64,000 bases of DNA from Acidimicrobiales bacterium (GCA_036264135.1 DATARN010000008.1:9095-73094); one strand, 5' to 3'. Positions 34,663 to 51,701 are shown, counted from the first letter of the stretch. A program made the numbers and translations. The notes: generated by a model not told the origin, from the letters alone.

Positions 34663-37023
34663 ATGATCCGTGAAGAACTCGCCGGGCGACGCATCGCCAT
34701 CACGGGCGCGACCGGCTTTCTCGGCACGGCGCTGGTGGAGCGTTTGCTGCGCCAGGTCCCGGACTGCGAGCTGGTTCTCCTGGTTCGTCCGGGGCGGCGC
34801 GGGGTGGCGGAACGGGTCCGCCGGGAGATTCTGCGCAACGACTGCTTCGACCGGCTGCGCTCGGAACTCGGGGCGGAGTTCGACGCCGTCACCGCGCGGC
34901 GTGTCATCCCCGTGGTCGGCGACGTCGGGACCGACGGCCTCGGCCTGGACGCCGAGGGTGAGGCCATCCTGGCCAGCTGCTCGACGGTGGTGCATTCGGC
35001 GGCGGCAGTCAGCTTCGATGCCCCGCTCGACAGCGCGGTCGAGGTCAACCTGCTCGGCGCCAGCCGGGTGGCCGAGGTGCTCAACCGTCTCCGGGCCGGG
35101 CGATCCGGGGGAGGCGAGGGCCCGCCGGCGCCCCACCTGATCGCGGTGTCCACGGCCTACGTCGCCGGTACCCGCCGGGGCCGGGCACCGGAGGCCCTGC
35201 TGCCCGATACCCCCTTTGCGACCGAGGTGGAGTGGCGCCCCGAGGTGGAGGCGGCTCGCCGGGTGCGGGCCGACAGCGACGCCGAGAGCCGCCAGCCCGA
35301 GCTGCTGAAGCGCTTTGCCAAGGCGGCCCGGGCCGAGCTGGGCGCGGCCGGCACGCCGGTCCTTTCCGCCAAGGCGGAGAAGCTTCGCCAGGAGTGGGTC
35401 AAGGACCGGCTGATCATCGCCGGCAAGGCCCGGGCGCGGGCCCTTGGCTGGCCGGACGCCTACGCCTATACCAAGGCCTTGGGCGAGCGGGCCCTGATGG
35501 AGTCCCGGGGCGACCTGCGGGTCTCAATCGTCCGCCCGTCGATCATCGAGTCGGCGCTGGCGGAGCCGGTGGCGGGATGGATTCGCGGTTTCCGCATGGC
35601 CGAGCCGGTCATCATCAGCCTGGGCCGGGGCCTGCTGAAGGAGTTTCCGGGACTGCCCGAGGGGGTGGTCGACGTGATCCCGGTCGACCTGGTCGTGGCG
35701 GCCATCATCGCCGTGGCCGCAGTCGGCGGGCCGGCCGCGGGTGAGCCTCCGGAGGTGTTCCAGGTGGCGTCCGGCGGCCGCAACCCGTTGCGCTACCGCC
35801 AGTTGGTCGAGTTGGTGCGCAACTGGTTCGGCGAGCATCCCCTGGCCGACTCCAACGGCCAGCCCATCGTGGTGCCCGAGTGGTCGTACCCGGGACGTGG
35901 CCGGGTGCAGCGACAGCTGGCCCGGGCGACCAAAGCGCTGTCGGCGGCCGAGCACGGGCTCCAGTCGCTGCCATTACGGGGTCGCCAGGCCGACCTGTCG
36001 GCCCGGCTGGAGGAGAAGCGCAGCGAAGCCGAACGGGCCCTTGGCTATGTCGAGCTGTATGGCGCCTACACGGAAACCGAAGCGGTGTTCCAGGTCGACC
36101 ACCTGCTGGAGCTCTGGGCCCGGCTGCCCGAGGCGGACCGGGGGGACTTCCTCTTCGACCCGGCCGGCATTTCGTGGCCCATGTATGTGCGCGACACCCA
36201 TATGCCGTCGGTGGTCGCCCATGCCCGGGTGCGCATGGCCGGCCCCTCCCGGCGCACGGCGCCGGCGCCGAGCCGCGAGGAGCGGGGACGCCGATCGATT
36301 TTGGCGCCGGAACGACAACTGGCGGTGTTCGACCTGGAAAACACCCTGATCGCCTCGAACGTGGTCGACTCCTACGCCTGGCTGGCCACCCGCCGGATGG
36401 CCGAGGAGGACCGTGTCCGTCTAGTGCTGCGCACCATCCGGGAAGCGCCCCGCCTGCTGGCCCTCGACCGTCAGGACCGCGGCGACTTTCTCCGCCACTT
36501 TTACCGCCGGTACGAAGGGGCGCCGGTCGAAAGGCTCCGCCACGACTCCTGGGAGTTGTGGAGCGACCTGTTGCTGGCCAAGGCCTTCCCCGCCGGCATC
36601 CGTCGGGTGCGCGAACATCGGCGCCTCGGCCATCGCACGCTGCTCATCACCGGGGCCTTGGATGTGGCGATCGAGCCGCTGCGACCACTGTTCGACGACG
36701 TGATGTGTGCCACCCTCGGTGTCACGAACGGGCGGTACACCGGAGAGCTCGAAGAGGGCCCCCCGACGGGGGAGGCTCGAGCCATGCTCATGGCCGACTA
36801 CGCCGCCCAATGGGGCATCGACCTGGGCGAGTCGGTCGCGTATGCCGACTCCGCCAGCGACCTGCCCATGCTGGAGGCGGTTGGTCATCCGGTGGCGGTG
36901 AACCCCGAAACCAAACTGGCCGCCATCGCCCGCAAACGAGGCTGGCACGTCGAGCAGTGGCCGCGCTCCCCCGGGGGACCTCGGCCTCTGCTGCCCATCG
37001 CCCGGGTCGGAGCCAACTCGTGA
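34663..37023 (+). CDS. fusion: fatty acyl-CoA/ACP reductase (extended SDR, male-sterility type) plus HAD-IB (SerB-like) phosphatase domain
   Basis: The N-terminus reads IAITGATGFLGTALVERLL...YAYTKALGE. The C-terminus reads AVFDLENTLIASNVVDSY...LITGALDVAIEPL...YADSASDLPMLEAVGHPVAVNP. Confidence 0.75.
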   Translation: MIREELAGRRIAITGATGFLGTALVERLLRQVPDCELVLLVRPGRRGVAERVRREILRNDCFDRLRSELGAEFDAVTARRVIPVVGDVGTDGLGLDAEGEAILASCSTVVHSAAAVSFDAPLDSAVEVNLLGASRVAEVLNRLRAGRSGGGEGPPAPHLIAVSTAYVAGTRRGRAPEALLPDTPFATEVEWRPEVEAARRVRADSDAESRQPELLKRFAKAARAELGAAGTPVLSAKAEKLRQEWVKDRLIIAGKARARALGWPDAYAYTKALGERALMESRGDLRVSIVRPSIIESALAEPVAGWIRGFRMAEPVIISLGRGLLKEFPGLPEGVVDVIPVDLVVAAIIAVAAVGGPAAGEPPEVFQVASGGRNPLRYRQLVELVRNWFGEHPLADSNGQPIVVPEWSYPGRGRVQRQLARATKALSAAEHGLQSLPLRGRQADLSARLEEKRSEAERALGYVELYGAYTETEAVFQVDHLLELWARLPEADRGDFLFDPAGISWPMYVRDTHMPSVVAHARVRMAGPSRRTAPAPSREERGRRSILAPERQLAVFDLENTLIASNVVDSYAWLATRRMAEEDRVRLVLRTIREAPRLLALDRQDRGDFLRHFYRRYEGAPVERLRHDSWELWSDLLLAKAFPAGIRRVREHRRLGHRTLLITGALDVAIEPLRPLFDDVMCATLGVTNGRYTGELEEGPPTGEARAMLMADYAAQWGIDLGESVAYADSASDLPMLEAVGHPVAVNPETKLAAIARKRGWHVEQWPRSPGGPRPLLPIARVGANS

Positions 37024-38246
37024 AGGCGCTGCTGTTCGAGCGGTCCCTTCCGAAGTTCGCCGCCGCCCGGGTGGCGTCGGGATGGCGCAGCGGCAGCGGG
37101 GCGCGCGTCGGCCCACTGCGCCTGGCCGACGTGGAGGAACCCGAGCTCCCCGACTCCACCTGGCACCGGGTGCGGCCCCAGCTCTCCGGGATCTGCGGGA
37201 GTGACCTGGCAACCATCGACGGCCGGTCGTCGCGGTACTTCGAGCCGCTGGTCAGCTTCCCCTTCATCCCCGGCCACGAAGTCGTCGGCCGGCTCGACGA
37301 CGACGCCCGGGTCGTGCTGGAGCCGGTCCTGCGATGTGCCGCCCGAGGTATCGACCCACCCTGCCCGTCCTGCGCCGAGGGTCGGACCAACCTGTGTCGC
37401 AACGTGGCGTTCGGCCATCTCAAGCCGGGCCTGCAGACGGGGTTCTGCGAACCGACGGGAGGGGGGTGGGGCGGCGCACTGGTCGCCCATGAGAGCCAGT
37501 TGCACCGCGTGCCCGACGCCATGAGCGACCGGGCGGCGGTCATGGTGGAGCCCGCGGCGTGTGCCCTGCACGGCGCGCTTCTCGGCGCCGGCCGCTCATG
37601 CGTGGGCCACGAGACGGCGGTGATTATCGGGGCGGGCACCCTCGGGCTGTGCACCGCCGCCGCTGTGAGCCGCCGGCGCCCAGACATCGAAACCCTCGTC
37701 GTTGTGGCCAAGCACCAGGAGCAGCGCCGACTGGCTCGTGAGCTGGCCGACTGTACGGTCGTCGAACCGGCGGAGCTGGCCCGGGCGGTGCGCCGGCGGA
37801 CGGGATCGCTCATGCTCGACTCGGGACAACTGACCGGAGGGGCCAGCCTGGTCTTCGACTGCGTCGGTTCCAGCCAGTCGTTGCAGTCCGCCCTCTCGGT
37901 CGTGGAACCGGGCGGGACCATCGTGATGCTGGGAATGCCGGGCGAGGTGAAGGTCGACCTGACCGGGCTGTGGCAGCGCGAGGTGACCGTCACCGGGGCC
38001 TACGCCTACGGCGTCGAGCGGCTGGGGCCAGACGAGACGGCCGGCGCCCGCCGCACCTTCGACCTGTCGTTCGAGCTGGTGGCCGATGCCGGCCTCGAGC
38101 GGCTGGTTTCCGCCCTCTATCCTCTCGACCGCTACCGCGAGGCGATCGAGCACGCCGCCGACGCCGGCCACCGGGGCGCCACCAAGGTCGCGTTCGACCT
38201 GCGCCGCCGGGGGCCCCGACGATCCAGCAAGGAGATACCAGCCTGA
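37020..38246 (+). CDS. zinc-dependent alcohol dehydrogenase (MDR family)
   Basis: The GTG at 37020 overlaps the upstream stop (GTGA). Motifs SGICGSDLATI, PGHEVVG and GAGTLGL (Rossmann) are present. Confidence 0.8.
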   Translation: MKALLFERSLPKFAAARVASGWRSGSGARVGPLRLADVEEPELPDSTWHRVRPQLSGICGSDLATIDGRSSRYFEPLVSFPFIPGHEVVGRLDDDARVVLEPVLRCAARGIDPPCPSCAEGRTNLCRNVAFGHLKPGLQTGFCEPTGGGWGGALVAHESQLHRVPDAMSDRAAVMVEPAACALHGALLGAGRSCVGHETAVIIGAGTLGLCTAAAVSRRRPDIETLVVVAKHQEQRRLARELADCTVVEPAELARAVRRRTGSLMLDSGQLTGGASLVFDCVGSSQSLQSALSVVEPGGTIVMLGMPGEVKVDLTGLWQREVTVTGAYAYGVERLGPDETAGARRTFDLSFELVADAGLERLVSALYPLDRYREAIEHAADAGHRGATKVAFDLRRRGPRRSSKEIPA

Positions 38247-39832
38247 TGCCCCGCCCCGGCTTCGTCCTCGAGGTCGACCGCTCCACCCCTGCCACCTTGT
38301 GCTGGCACGGCGAGGGGTTCCGCCTCCTCAAGCTCCCCGAGGGCAGCCGCATTCTCTACCCGCCCGAGCCCGTGGCCGCCCTCAAGGACCCCGACGAGGC
38401 CATCCGCCACGCCCTCTTGCATCCCGCCGGGGACACGGCCCCGTTGCCCGCACTGCTGAAGCCGGGCATGAAGCTGACGATCGCCTTCGACGACATCTCC
38501 CTGCCGCTGCCTCCAATGGAGCGGCCCGACAACCGGCAACGGGTCATCGAAGCCGTCCTCGACATGGCGGCCGAGGCCGGCGTCGACGACGTGGTGCTCA
38601 TCTGCGCGCTGGCGCTGCACCGGCGGATGACGCCTGCCGAGCTCCGCCACGCCCTCGGGGACCGTATCTATGACGCCTTCGCCCCGCACGGCCTGCTGAA
38701 GCAGCACGACGCCGAGAACCCGGCGGAGCTGGTCCACCTGGGCCTCACCGATCATGGCGAGGACGTCGAGATCAGCCGCCGGGCGGCGGAGTCGGACCTG
38801 TTGGTGTACGTCAACATCAACCTGGTCGCCATGGACGGCGGCCACAAGAGCGTGGCCACCGGGTTGGCGTCGTACAAGAGCCTCCGCCACCACCACAACG
38901 TGCGCACCATGCAGCACAGCCGCAGCTTCATGGACCAGACCCGTTCCGAGCTGCACTCGTCGAACTGGCGGATGGGCCGCCTGATCGCCGCCAGCGGGGT
39001 CAAGATCTTCCAGATCGAGACCACCCTGAACACCGACACCTTCCCCCCTGCCTTCGGGTTCCTGCAGAAGCGGGAATGGGAGTGGGGCGCCAAGGACCGG
39101 GCCAGCTACCTGGCCGTCAGCAAGAGCCTGGACCGGACGCCGGACCGCCTGGCCCGCACGATCTTCCAATCCATCAAGGCGCCCCACAAGATGGCGAGCG
39201 TGCAGGCCGGCGAGGTGGAAGCCGTCCACGCCCTCACCACCGAACACGTCTACCGCCAGCAACTCGTCGAGGTCGATGGGCAAAGCGACGTGGTGATCTT
39301 CGGATTGCCCTACATCTGCCCGTACAACGTCAACTCGATCATGAACCCGATCCTCGTGATGTGCCTGGGCCTCGGGTATTTCTTCAACCTCTACCGGGGG
39401 AAGCCTCTCGTCCGTCCCGGTGGGGTGGTAATCCTCAGCCACCCCACGCCGTGGGCGTTCAACACCATCCACCACCCGTCGTACATCGACTTTTTCGAGG
39501 AGGTGCTGGCGGACACGACCGACCCCATCGAGATCGAAAAGACCTACGAGGAGCGGTTCGCGACCGACGACTGGTACCGCCACCTGTACCGGACGAGTTA
39601 CGCCTACCACGGCGTCCACCCGTTCTACATGTGGTACTGGGGCGCCCATGCCATGGACCACGCCGGTGGGGTGATCATCGTTGGCGGTGACGCCAAGGCG
39701 GTGCGCCGCATGGGGTTCAAGCGGGCATCCACCATGCGCGACGCTCTGGAAATGGCCGAGGACGTCGTCGGCCGCGACCCCAGCATCACCCACTTCCACT
39801 GCCCGCCGATGATGATTGCTGATGTCCATTAG
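38246..39832 (+). CDS. LarA-like protein (lactate-racemase N-terminal domain / DUF2088 family)
   Basis: The ATG overlaps the upstream stop by 1 nt (TGATG). Sequences KLTIAFDDISLPLPP, LICALALHRRMTPAEL and NLVAMDGGHKS resemble the LarA core. Substrate unknown. Confidence 0.6.
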   Translation: MPRPGFVLEVDRSTPATLCWHGEGFRLLKLPEGSRILYPPEPVAALKDPDEAIRHALLHPAGDTAPLPALLKPGMKLTIAFDDISLPLPPMERPDNRQRVIEAVLDMAAEAGVDDVVLICALALHRRMTPAELRHALGDRIYDAFAPHGLLKQHDAENPAELVHLGLTDHGEDVEISRRAAESDLLVYVNINLVAMDGGHKSVATGLASYKSLRHHHNVRTMQHSRSFMDQTRSELHSSNWRMGRLIAASGVKIFQIETTLNTDTFPPAFGFLQKREWEWGAKDRASYLAVSKSLDRTPDRLARTIFQSIKAPHKMASVQAGEVEAVHALTTEHVYRQQLVEVDGQSDVVIFGLPYICPYNVNSIMNPILVMCLGLGYFFNLYRGKPLVRPGGVVILSHPTPWAFNTIHHPSYIDFFEEVLADTTDPIEIEKTYEERFATDDWYRHLYRTSYAYHGVHPFYMWYWGAHAMDHAGGVIIVGGDAKAVRRMGFKRASTMRDALEMAEDVVGRDPSITHFHCPPMMIADVH

Positions 39833-40739
39833 GTCGACCGTGGCCAGGGCCACGTTCCCCTGGTCGGCACCGACGTGGCCCGGCGGGATCGAACGGCCTC
39901 CGGCGAAGCGAACGCTCGGGGTCGACTACGAGACGGCCTGGGCCCGCCGGTACGGCGCCCGGCTGGCAAGGGTGGTCGTCACCGAGACCATGACCAGGCC
40001 GCTCGCCCACCTGCTGGCGGCGCCGAAGGTGGACGGGCTGGACCGCCTCGAGCAACTCGACGAGCCGGTGATCTTCGCCGCCAATCACGCCAGCCATATC
40101 GACACCCCGCTCCTTCTCAGTGTCCTTCCCGACCGGTGGCGCCACCGCACCGTGGTGGCGGCGGGCGCCGACTACTTCTTCGACCGGCGGTGGAAGGCGG
40201 CGTTCTTCGCCTTCGTGATCAACGCCATCCCGATCGAGCGGCGCCGGGTCGACCGGAAGTCGGCGGGCCACGCCGCCTCCCTCCTGAACGACGGCTGGAG
40301 CCTGCTCATCTTCCCCGAAGGCGGCCGGACCCCCGACGGCTGGGGGCAGGGGCACCAGCCAGGGGCGGCCTGGTTGGCGGTGCGTACCAATCGGACCGTC
40401 GTCCCCATCTACGTCGAGGGGACGAGGCGGGTGCTTCCCCGCCATGGCAGCCGGGTGCACCTGGCCACGACGCGGGTGAGCTTCGGCTCCCCTATCCGGC
40501 CCGACCCAGGGAGCGACGCCCGCGACCTTGCCGTCCGCATCGAAAAGACGTTGGAGGTGCTCGCCGACGAGCAGCAGTCGGACTGGTGGACGGCGCGGCG
40601 GCGGGCGGCGGCCGGTCGAACGCCGGCCCTCACCGGGCCGGTGGGGGCCAAATGGCGCCGTTCATGGGCCCTGACGAGCGGGAACCGCACGGGCCGCGGC
40701 GCCACCAAGACGACCGATCCCCCCTGGCCCCGCCTCTAG
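39822..40739 (+). CDS. 1-acyl-sn-glycerol-3-phosphate acyltransferase family (PlsC)
   Basis: Motifs FAANHASHIDTPLL (H-x4-D) and LIFPEGGRT are present. The ATG at 39822 overlaps the LarA-like 3' end by 11 nt. Confidence 0.8.
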   Translation: MSIRSTVARATFPWSAPTWPGGIERPPAKRTLGVDYETAWARRYGARLARVVVTETMTRPLAHLLAAPKVDGLDRLEQLDEPVIFAANHASHIDTPLLLSVLPDRWRHRTVVAAGADYFFDRRWKAAFFAFVINAIPIERRRVDRKSAGHAASLLNDGWSLLIFPEGGRTPDGWGQGHQPGAAWLAVRTNRTVVPIYVEGTRRVLPRHGSRVHLATTRVSFGSPIRPDPGSDARDLAVRIEKTLEVLADEQQSDWWTARRRAAAGRTPALTGPVGAKWRRSWALTSGNRTGRGATKTTDPPWPRL

Positions 40740-40791
40740 CGCCCGGGAACGCCCGCCGCCACGGGTTCGCGGTGGCCCGCCGCCTGGGAGG

Positions 40792-41829
40792 TCATTTCGT
40801 CCGTAGCGCCCACCACCCTGCCACCGCCGCCACGAGCGCCGCGGCCAGGGCGTCCAACAGGTTGCCAAACTTGATACCGCCAGGTTGATGGCTGATGGTC
40901 AACGCGGTAATGGCCCGGATGAGCGCGGCCACCGCCACGACCGCCGCGACGACGCCGGCGCTCATACGAACCAGCGACGGCGTAAGGCCGCCCGGCGCGA
41001 CCGCTGGGCCGATGGGCACCGTGGAGGCCTCCGGCGACGCCGGTGCGCGGGGCGCCAGGCCGACCAACACGATGGCCAGGGTGATCACCGCCGCGACGGC
41101 CACGTCGGCCGGTGAAAGGAACTGTAGGAGCCGCTCGTTCCCCGGCGTTCCGGCCGGCTGACCCAGCGCCGCGAACAGATTGGCGATGAACAACAGGACC
41201 ACGGCGATGCTGATCGCCATGGACGCCAGCAGCGCCGGCGCGACCGCCGCCAGGTTCAACCCGGGCCGGGCCGGCCGAGGGGCTCCCGCCGCCGCGCCCC
41301 AGGAGCCCGGGGGCCCGTACCCGGGCCCCGCCGGCGCCCCGTAGCCGCCCCCCGTCGGCGGGCCATATCCCGCCCCTTCCGGCGGCCCATACCCCGACCC
41401 CCCGGCCGGCGGGCCATACCCGGAACCGGACGGTGCGCCATATCCCGCCCCCGCCGGCGGGCCATATCCGGAACCGGACGGTGCGCCATAGCCGGCCCCC
41501 GCCGGCGGATAGCCGGCCGCCCCGGGCGGGTACCCGGGCGCCGCCGCCGGGGCGGGGGGCCATCCGGCGGGGGGTTGGTCGGGTGGCGGCGCCGGAGCCC
41601 AGACCGACCCGGGCGGCGACGCCGCCGGCGGCGGAGGCGGAACCCATGGTCCCGGCGCTCCTGTGCCGGGGATGGCTTGGGTGGCGCCGGCGCCACCCGG
41701 ACCGGGCGCCGAACCGGCGCCGGGAGGCGGGGGTGGAACCGGCCGGCGGGGATATCCCGGCGGGGCCTGTCCCGACTCGGCCGGGTCGGCCGGTTGCTCG
41801 GGTGGGACGGTAGTGCCGCTGTCAGTCAT
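40792..41829 (-). CDS. membrane protein with a Pro/Gly/Tyr-rich disordered N-terminal half
   Basis: The start is set at the ATG at 41829 (MTDSGTTVPPEQ...). The first ~180 aa are PGYPP/GYGPP repeats, followed by four hydrophobic helices. Confidence 0.6.
   Translation of the reverse strand: MTDSGTTVPPEQPADPAESGQAPPGYPRRPVPPPPPGAGSAPGPGGAGATQAIPGTGAPGPWVPPPPPAASPPGSVWAPAPPPDQPPAGWPPAPAAAPGYPPGAAGYPPAGAGYGAPSGSGYGPPAGAGYGAPSGSGYGPPAGGSGYGPPEGAGYGPPTGGGYGAPAGPGYGPPGSWGAAAGAPRPARPGLNLAAVAPALLASMAISIAVVLLFIANLFAALGQPAGTPGNERLLQFLSPADVAVAAVITLAIVLVGLAPRAPASPEASTVPIGPAVAPGGLTPSLVRMSAGVVAAVVAVAALIRAITALTISHQPGGIKFGNLLDALAAALVAAVAGWWALRTK
41302..41538 (-). repeat. in-frame tandem coding repeat (GYG-P/A-P-x-G-x-G units)
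   Basis: The encoded peptide is PGYPPGAAGYPPAGAGYGAPSGSGYGPPAGAGYGAPSGSGYGPPAGGSGYGPPEGAGYGPPTGGGYGAPAGPGYGPP. The DNA shows near-identical ~36-nt duplications. Confidence 0.7.
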
Positions 41830-41985
41830 CAGACCTCCCAGTGCCGCAACTGGCGAAAACGCTACTGGGTGCTTGCTACATTGGTCGGGTTCCCAAGACC
41901 GGGATGGGTGGCAGCGCAGCCTCCCCTTCAACGGGGAAGCCCCGGTCAGGCGGAGAATCCCCCTGAAGCGTAGGAGCCACCCACC

Positions 41986-46470
<4,485 letters not shown>

Positions 46471-46500
46471 CCGCCCCCCAGCCGCGGCGGCCGTCCCCGG

Positions 46501-47916
46501 CTACGAGGGCGGCTTGGCCTGCCGCAGCTCCTCCGCCGACGGTTGGTGGGCCTGGCGTGCCTCGGGCGGCAACTGGGCGGCGATGGCGTCCATGATCCGG
46601 GCGGTGTCGGCGGCGGCATCCCCGGTAAGACCCCGCACCGGCGGCCCGACCCGGATGCGGATCAACGGTGGGTGAAGCACGTTCGTCACGTTGGGCACCC
46701 GGGAGGAACGGGGCCACACCTTCTCGGTCCCCCACATGCCGACCGGGATCACCGGCGCCCCGGTCGCCGTCGCCAGCCGGGCGGCTCCCGTCCTGCCTTC
46801 CAGCTTCGGCGAGAAAAACGCCTCACCCCGGGGAATGGTGCCCTGGGGCAGGATCACGACCACCTCGCCGCCGTTGATGGCTCGCACGGCGCTGGCCAAC
46901 GCCTCGCGTCCTGCTGGCCCAGCCGCCCCCGCCGCGCCGGCGTCGTGTCGGTCGACCTCGATCTGGCCCAACACCCGAGCGATCAGGCCGAGAACGGGGG
47001 CGTCGAAGATCTCCTTCTTGGCCAGCGCCCGCGGCAGCCGGCCGGCGCCCGTCACGGTCAATCCGAGGGCGACGGCGTCGAAGTAGCTGCGGTGATTGGC
47101 CACCACGATCGCCGGGCCTCGGGCCGGGATGTTGTCGGTGCCCGCGATGTCGAAGCGGGCGTAGGGGATGGACTCGGGCCGCACGACGGCCTTCACCAGG
47201 TCGAACGGCTCGAAGCCGACGAGTTTGGGCACTCCCGCCGGGGCGTCGAAATGCCGTTGGGGCCAGCGCCGCAGCGTGGCCACCACGGCCAGGCGGGGGT
47301 CGGCGTTGACGGCCACCGGGTGGCCGACCGACGACAGGAGCGGGACGTCGTAGACGCTGTCGGAGTAGGCCCAGCTGTCGGCCATCTCGATGCCGTGCTG
47401 GGCGGCCCACCACCGCACCGCCGTCAACTTGCCGGCGGCCCATACGAAGGCGCCGTCGAGGCCGCCGGTGTACCGCTCGTCGCCGTCGTCGGCGGTGGCC
47501 ACCTGGTAGCGGGTGGCGACCATGTCATCGAGACCCAGTCGGCGGGCGAGCGGCTCGACGAGATCCCGCGGCGTGGTGGTGGCCAGCACGACCGGACGTC
47601 CCGCATCGTGGTGCTCCTCCAGCGCGGCGACGGCGTAGGGGGCGACCAGGTCCATGAGGTCGTCGGTAGCGGCGGCCGCCGCGGCCAGCACCTTGGCCCG
47701 GCTGCGGCCCCGGAGGGCGGCGGCGGCGGCCCGGGCCAGCGCCATGCCTGTCAGCGACTCCCCGAAGGTGTCGAACGCCTTGTACAACAAGCCCTGACCG
47801 GGCAGCGACCGGGTGGGCACGACGCCGGCCCGCTGCAACGCCTCGGTGAGGATGGGTCCGCTGGCGCCGCGCAGAAGCGTCCGGTCGAGGTCGAAGAAGG
47901 CGGCGGCGGTACCCAT
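46501..47916 (-). CDS. fusion: HAD-IB phosphatase-like domain plus PlsC-type acyltransferase domain
   Basis: The N-terminus reads AAFFDLDRTLLRGASGP...YSDSVYDVPLLSSVGHPVAVNAD. The C-terminus reads VVANHRSYFDAVAL (H-x4-D) and ILPQGTIPRG. Confidence 0.75.
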   Translation of the reverse strand: MGTAAAFFDLDRTLLRGASGPILTEALQRAGVVPTRSLPGQGLLYKAFDTFGESLTGMALARAAAAALRGRSRAKVLAAAAAATDDLMDLVAPYAVAALEEHHDAGRPVVLATTTPRDLVEPLARRLGLDDMVATRYQVATADDGDERYTGGLDGAFVWAAGKLTAVRWWAAQHGIEMADSWAYSDSVYDVPLLSSVGHPVAVNADPRLAVVATLRRWPQRHFDAPAGVPKLVGFEPFDLVKAVVRPESIPYARFDIAGTDNIPARGPAIVVANHRSYFDAVALGLTVTGAGRLPRALAKKEIFDAPVLGLIARVLGQIEVDRHDAGAAGAAGPAGREALASAVRAINGGEVVVILPQGTIPRGEAFFSPKLEGRTGAARLATATGAPVIPVGMWGTEKVWPRSSRVPNVTNVLHPPLIRIRVGPPVRGLTGDAAADTARIMDAIAAQLPPEARQAHQPSAEELRQAKPPS

Positions 47917-48001
47917 CGCCCACGACGCTACCCCGGGGCAGAGACGGGAAAAGGAGGCCGGGGCGGGCTCCGGCGGCGGCGCCGGGTTCCCGGGCGGTGG
48001 G

Positions 48002-50788
<2,787 letters not shown>

Positions 50789-50851
50789 GGCGATCCACCA
50801 CCCTGTGTGCTCTCTGAAAGGTCGATCATACGGCCCGTATGCTGCGCGCCT

Positions 50852-51514
50852 GTGGAGCTCACCGCGGAAGAACAGCGGGTCCTCGGCTGCCTGCTGGAGA
50901 AGGCGGCGACGACGCCGGAGAACTACCCGCTGACCCTGAACGCCCTCGTCAACGCCTGCAACCAAACCAGTAACCGGGATCCGGTTGTGACCTACCGAGA
51001 GGACACGGTCAACGCCGCGCTCACCTCGCTGCGGGAGCAGAAGCTGATCCGGATCGTCTACCCGGCCCACGCCCGGGCGACCAAGTTCCGTCACGTGCTC
51101 GACGAGGCCTGGGCGCTATCTGGTCCCGAGTTGGCGGTCATCGCGGTGCTGCTGCTGCGAGGCGCCCAGACCGAGGCCGAGCTCGTCACCAGGACGGAGC
51201 GCTACGGCGACCTGAGCGACTTCGGTGGCGTGCCGGGTGTCCTCGACCGTCTGGCCCGGCGGCCCGAACCACTGGTACAGCTGGTAGAGCGCCGGGCCGG
51301 CCAGCGGGAAGACCGCTACGTCCACCTCCTCGGACCGAGCGAGGTATCGGACCATCCGGACCCCCCCGCGGGCCGATCGAGTTCGACGGCCGAACGTATC
51401 CTGGCGCTGGAGGTCGAGACTGCTACTCTTCGCAACGAGCTCACCCGCCTGCGGGAGTGGCTCGAAGATCTGCTGGGAGGACCGGAATCACCACCGAAGT
51501 CGGCCAATGACTAA
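50852..51514 (+). CDS. YceH/DUF480-family protein
   Basis: The sequence reads [43 protein letters not shown]... . The GTG at 50852 is in-frame within ORF 50156..51514, whose 5' part is antisense to acnA. Confidence 0.7.
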   Translation: MELTAEEQRVLGCLLEKAATTPENYPLTLNALVNACNQTSNRDPVVTYREDTVNAALTSLREQKLIRIVYPAHARATKFRHVLDEAWALSGPELAVIAVLLLRGAQTEAELVTRTERYGDLSDFGGVPGVLDRLARRPEPLVQLVERRAGQREDRYVHLLGPSEVSDHPDPPAGRSSSTAERILALEVETATLRNELTRLREWLEDLLGGPESPPKSAND

Positions 51515-51701
51515 GGTGTGGCTTTCGGCTGGGAAGCGCGTACAATACCCGAGACTTTGTCAGGACGGTCAATGCGGACAAGCCGCCCATGAGGGTGGGA
51601 AGAAGCAAGGCAGTACGCCGTAGGTGTGAGGCGAGTCACACTCGGGAAGTGATGGTCCGGTTGTTCCCCGAGACACGGGAAACTGAGGGAGGCTGCAGCA
51701 C

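Noticed and set aside
38132-39853. 573-aa minus-strand ORF antisense to the LarA-like gene
   Set aside because: It is a shadow ORF. The plus-strand gene is supported by family motifs and by translational coupling to its neighbours.
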